64,000 bases of DNA, taken from Lama guanicoe (Eukaryota). Below the pieces are notes generated by a model, which was not told where the DNA came from, did no database searches, and saw nothing but the letters and a program-made list of their open reading frames with translations. The position numbers were made by a program, and so were the translations under genes. Of the stretch, positions 60,901 to 64,000 are shown piece by piece. How positions within the stretch are numbered: the first letter of the stretch is position 1; the number at the start of each line of letters is the position of its first letter. The DNA lies in NCBI GenBank assembly GCA_013239625.1, contig MU054212.1, positions 2,232,001 through 2,296,000 of the forward strand. The letters run 5' to 3'.

Positions 60901-62702
60901 TCACTTCACTGCTTGATAACCTGCATAGTCTCTGACAAGAAGTCTGCTGTAATTCTTATCTTTAATTCCTTTGCATTTAAAGTCTCTTTTCTTCCTCTCT
61001 GGTTGTCTTCAAATTTTTCTCTGTTATTGTTTTCAGAAATTTAAATGTGAAATGTCTAGTTATATAGTTTTTTTATCCTGCTTGATGTTCTTTTATATTT
61101 TTATATCTGTGATTTGCTGTCTGCCAAATTAATTTTGGAAAATTCTCTTTTTGTTTTTTCTCTTTCAGCTTGGGTCATTTCTATTACTCTGTCCTGAAGT
61201 TCCTGATTTTCTTTGGGCTACATGAGTCTCTTAATGAGCCCATTGAAGGAATTCTTTATCTCTGTTACTATATATATATATATATATAATTTCTGGTGTT
61301 TCTATTTAACTCTTTCTTATAGTTTCCATTTTTCTGCTGAAATTCTCTTTTAATCTTGCATTTTGTCCAATGTTCCCATTATAGTCTTTAACGTATTAGT
61401 CACAGTCATTTTAAATTCCCTGTCTTACAGTTTCAGCCTTTACATCATTTCTGAGCCTGGTTCTGTACATTTCTTTGTGTCTTGGTAATGTGTTTTTTTC
61501 CCTCTCGCTTTTTCATATGAAAGGATTTTTGTAAGTTTTGTTAAAAGCTTGATACCTTGTGTAGAGCTGTAAAGACTGAAATGAAGTAAATAGTTTTGAG
61601 GGTTTTTTCCCCCTAGAGAAGGGCACCCCTTTTTTTCTGTGAAGCTTTCAGTGTTGGAGTTTGAGTCAATCTAGCTAGGAATTGTGATGGTTTGGTGTTG
61701 CTTTGATCACCCTCTGTGTCCTATAGGCTTCTTATTCCTTTATTGGTAATTTTGAATTTAGCGTGAGAACTGATTTCTCAGAGGTTTTCTGACTGTCTAC
61801 TCCATCCTCAGCTTTGGGTCTTTTCTTTGTGCCTTGCTTCAGAGAGGATCTCTTTCCACGTTTTTGAGACTATTCCAGGAGTTCTTCACTGTGACTTGCA
61901 CTTGAAGGTTGTTAGCCTGATGGTGAGGGGTAAGATGGGAATTCTCTGTTGTGACAGTTAAGCTCCAGTCTTAGGCAGGAGCTGTTTCTCTGGGTCTTGG
62001 GGGTGGGGGTTGGGGTTCGATTTTCTCAGTGCTCCTGCCATGCCCCTACCTGTAGTCCTGCCCCAGCACATAATCCTGTCCCTCCTCCAGGGGAAGAGTG
62101 TGATTGTATGTTTGTATCTTTGGCTACAATGAGTTTTTCCTATGTTCTAAGGGTGACAGTGACTGTTGCCTTTCTCCCAGCAGTTGAAGCCTTGTATTTC
62201 ATAACACAGGTGAGGAAAAGGGTATGGGCAGGCTTCTGTGCCCTCCTCGTAGCATCTGCTGCTCTCTCCCTCAGACTTGCACCACAAGGGATGGGTATGA
62301 GACCACTACAATCTGTTTTTGTGAATGCCTAGTGATGTCCATAGAAAGGAGCCTAAAAGTTGGTGCAAATTCTCCCTATATCTATGATTCGAAGGAACTA
62401 CATATTCTCTCAACAGCCACACTCAGTCTATCCCCATTCATTAACAATTCTTGATAAAATTTTTCTGCTAGTGTTTGGCTGCATCTGCCTCAGATAAGCA
62501 AGTGCTCAGGTCCTGTCTTCCCTAAAGGAAACCTGTATCTTCTTGGGTTTGGGGCTGTTTGCCATGTGACCTCAGCTCCCCTAATGACTTAAAGAAAGCT
62601 GTGAACTTGAAGTCTGTCCACGATTTTTGTGTTGTTTTTGTTGTTCAGAGTGTGAGCGGTGCTTTTTCCAAATTTCTACATCCTAAGCAAAGATTGGAAA
62701 TA
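57998..62702 (-). mobile_element. Ancient L1 (L1MC/L1M4-like), near full span with internal deletions
   Basis: Antisense 3' UTR and ORF2 end at 58000-59310 (ORF 58288-58479 'IIAKNWKQLKYLSIDEWIN'). A jump to endonuclease-region text follows at ~59320-60240, then ORF1-like 'gtctctgacaagaagtctgctgtaattcttatc' and a 5' UTR to ~62700. Confidence 0.85.
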
Positions 62703-62879
62703 CTTGTTTTTTGATTTTCTTCTTCTTTTCCCAGTGAAAAATTTTTAGGCTATGAATTTTAGAATATTCATTTTATATATGCATTTTAGAATTCTACGCC
62801 TATCTTTACAAGGAGTGTGATGTTCCTTTATCTCTTACACCAATGTTTTTCTTTCTATAGGTGGAAATATATTTCCTTT

Positions 62880-63050
62880 AAATTGACATTCTTTAGCACT
62901 TTGTACTTATAAAGTACTTTAGAATCATTTATGTACTTTTCTCTGTAACAATCATGTGAGGCAAATGAGCAGCATCTGCCCTTTTTTAGATGAGGGAATT
63001 AAAATACAGAGATATGTAGTCATTTATCTAGGATCAGAGCAAAGCCATCT
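62880..63050 (-). mobile_element. MIR SINE
   Basis: 'aacaatcatgtgaggcaaatg...cccttttttagatgagggaattaaaatacagagatatgtagtcatttatc'. Confidence 0.7.
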
Positions 63051-64000
63051 TAAAACTTCAAAACTTAATGGGAGCAGTCATTTTAGGCACCTGCTCTGAC
63101 ATTCATTGGGGCAAAACTGCCAGAACATTCTTCTCCAGAACCACAGGGAGAAATCAAGCTTCATTAGAATAGTTACAATAGTAAATTTTTATGTATTTTG
63201 AACATTAAATTTAAACTCAGCCTAGTTAAATGACCTTTGTGATTTCCAAAGAACTTTGCCAAGTCTTTACTATGCTATTGTCCTGAGTACAGGGCACGCT
63301 GTGATAGAAAAAGAACAGCTTTAATTCCCTTTTCACTTAGATCCTAGTAGCAATGGATCAACAGATACAGAAAGAATGTCAATGCAGTCAACCATGGAAG
63401 GAATATAGTCCTATGTCGGGCAACAACCAACTTCTTCATTTCACCTGGGGGAGTCTCTTGCATCCAAGCGTGCCCTTCTCTATAATCAAGGCACTAGTGT
63501 TCTCATGTCCCTTTTGTGAACTGCCTTTGGTTCCAGGCACTGAAGCTACCAACTGTTGATCTTACTTTGAGCTTCTTTGTCTCCCATGTATCAGTGTTCT
63601 CTAGCAGCATGTTCAGACCAATCAGGTCCACAACAGAAAAAAATGAGTATTGGATCTTAGAGCTTGATAAAAACAGAAGTAGGAAATCACATTTTTCAGC
63701 AACCCAAGATCAACCACTGTTTTTTCTTGCATTTAAAAACAAAAGACTCTGGTTTTAAACAAAATTAAAATAGAGGCCAAATCAAAGAGCTGAGTCCTCA
63801 CTCCCTTTTCATTAAATTTTCACTGTCTAGGCTACAAGTCAGTCAATAATGACTGTTGTGTGTGTAAATCTGAGCAAATACACAGTAGGGAGATACAGCA
63901 TCAATAGTCATGAGCAGGGGGTTAGAGGTGACAGAAGTAAATGAATCAGAGCTCAGATTTTGAAAGCCATGCCAAGCTCTCACTTTCCTGTGGCAACCTG

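Noticed and set aside
575..63758. Remaining ORF-track entries (60-139 aa) as coding sequences
   Set aside because: They show no domain I recognise, many use non-ATG starts, and many overlap each other or repeats. Their lengths are what chance gives in mammalian non-coding DNA.
1..64000. Prokaryotic or viral systems, NUMT, processed pseudogene, CpG island
   Set aside because: I recognised no operon-like ORF density, gag/pol/env, mitochondrial or mRNA-like sequence, and no region reaches CpG-island density.

Overview
This is AT-rich eutherian genomic DNA that looks intronic or intergenic. The lineage is most likely camelid, based on a tRNA-Ala-derived Vic-1-type SINE at 8700 with a perfect 17-bp target-site duplication (TSD); I saw no Alu, B1/B2, Bov-A/BovB, PRE-1 or SINEC elements. 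Roughly half the window is decayed interspersed repeats: L1M-class LINEs, L2, MIR, L3/CR1, MaLR/ERVL solo LTRs and hAT MITEs. I recognise no protein-coding gene. The ORF track consists of short chance ORFs plus L1 ORF2 C-terminal remnants. Repeat subfamily names come from my recall of consensus sequences, and their boundaries are approximate until checked with RepeatMasker/Dfam. The best-supported oddities are a local inverted duplication of an L1 segment (4094-4338 and 4927-5152), an extra non-SINE sequence inside the SINE tail, a twin-primed L1 with TSD (56614-56910), and three ancient L1s that keep their 5' ends but have large internal deletions. More speculative are a strong minus-strand exon at 6507-6665 ending in ATG AAT AAA G, a CpG- and MYB-motif-enriched candidate promoter at about 48.7-49.9 kb, and several plus-strand recursive-splice-like motifs. 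I cannot support a novel biological system from sequence alone.
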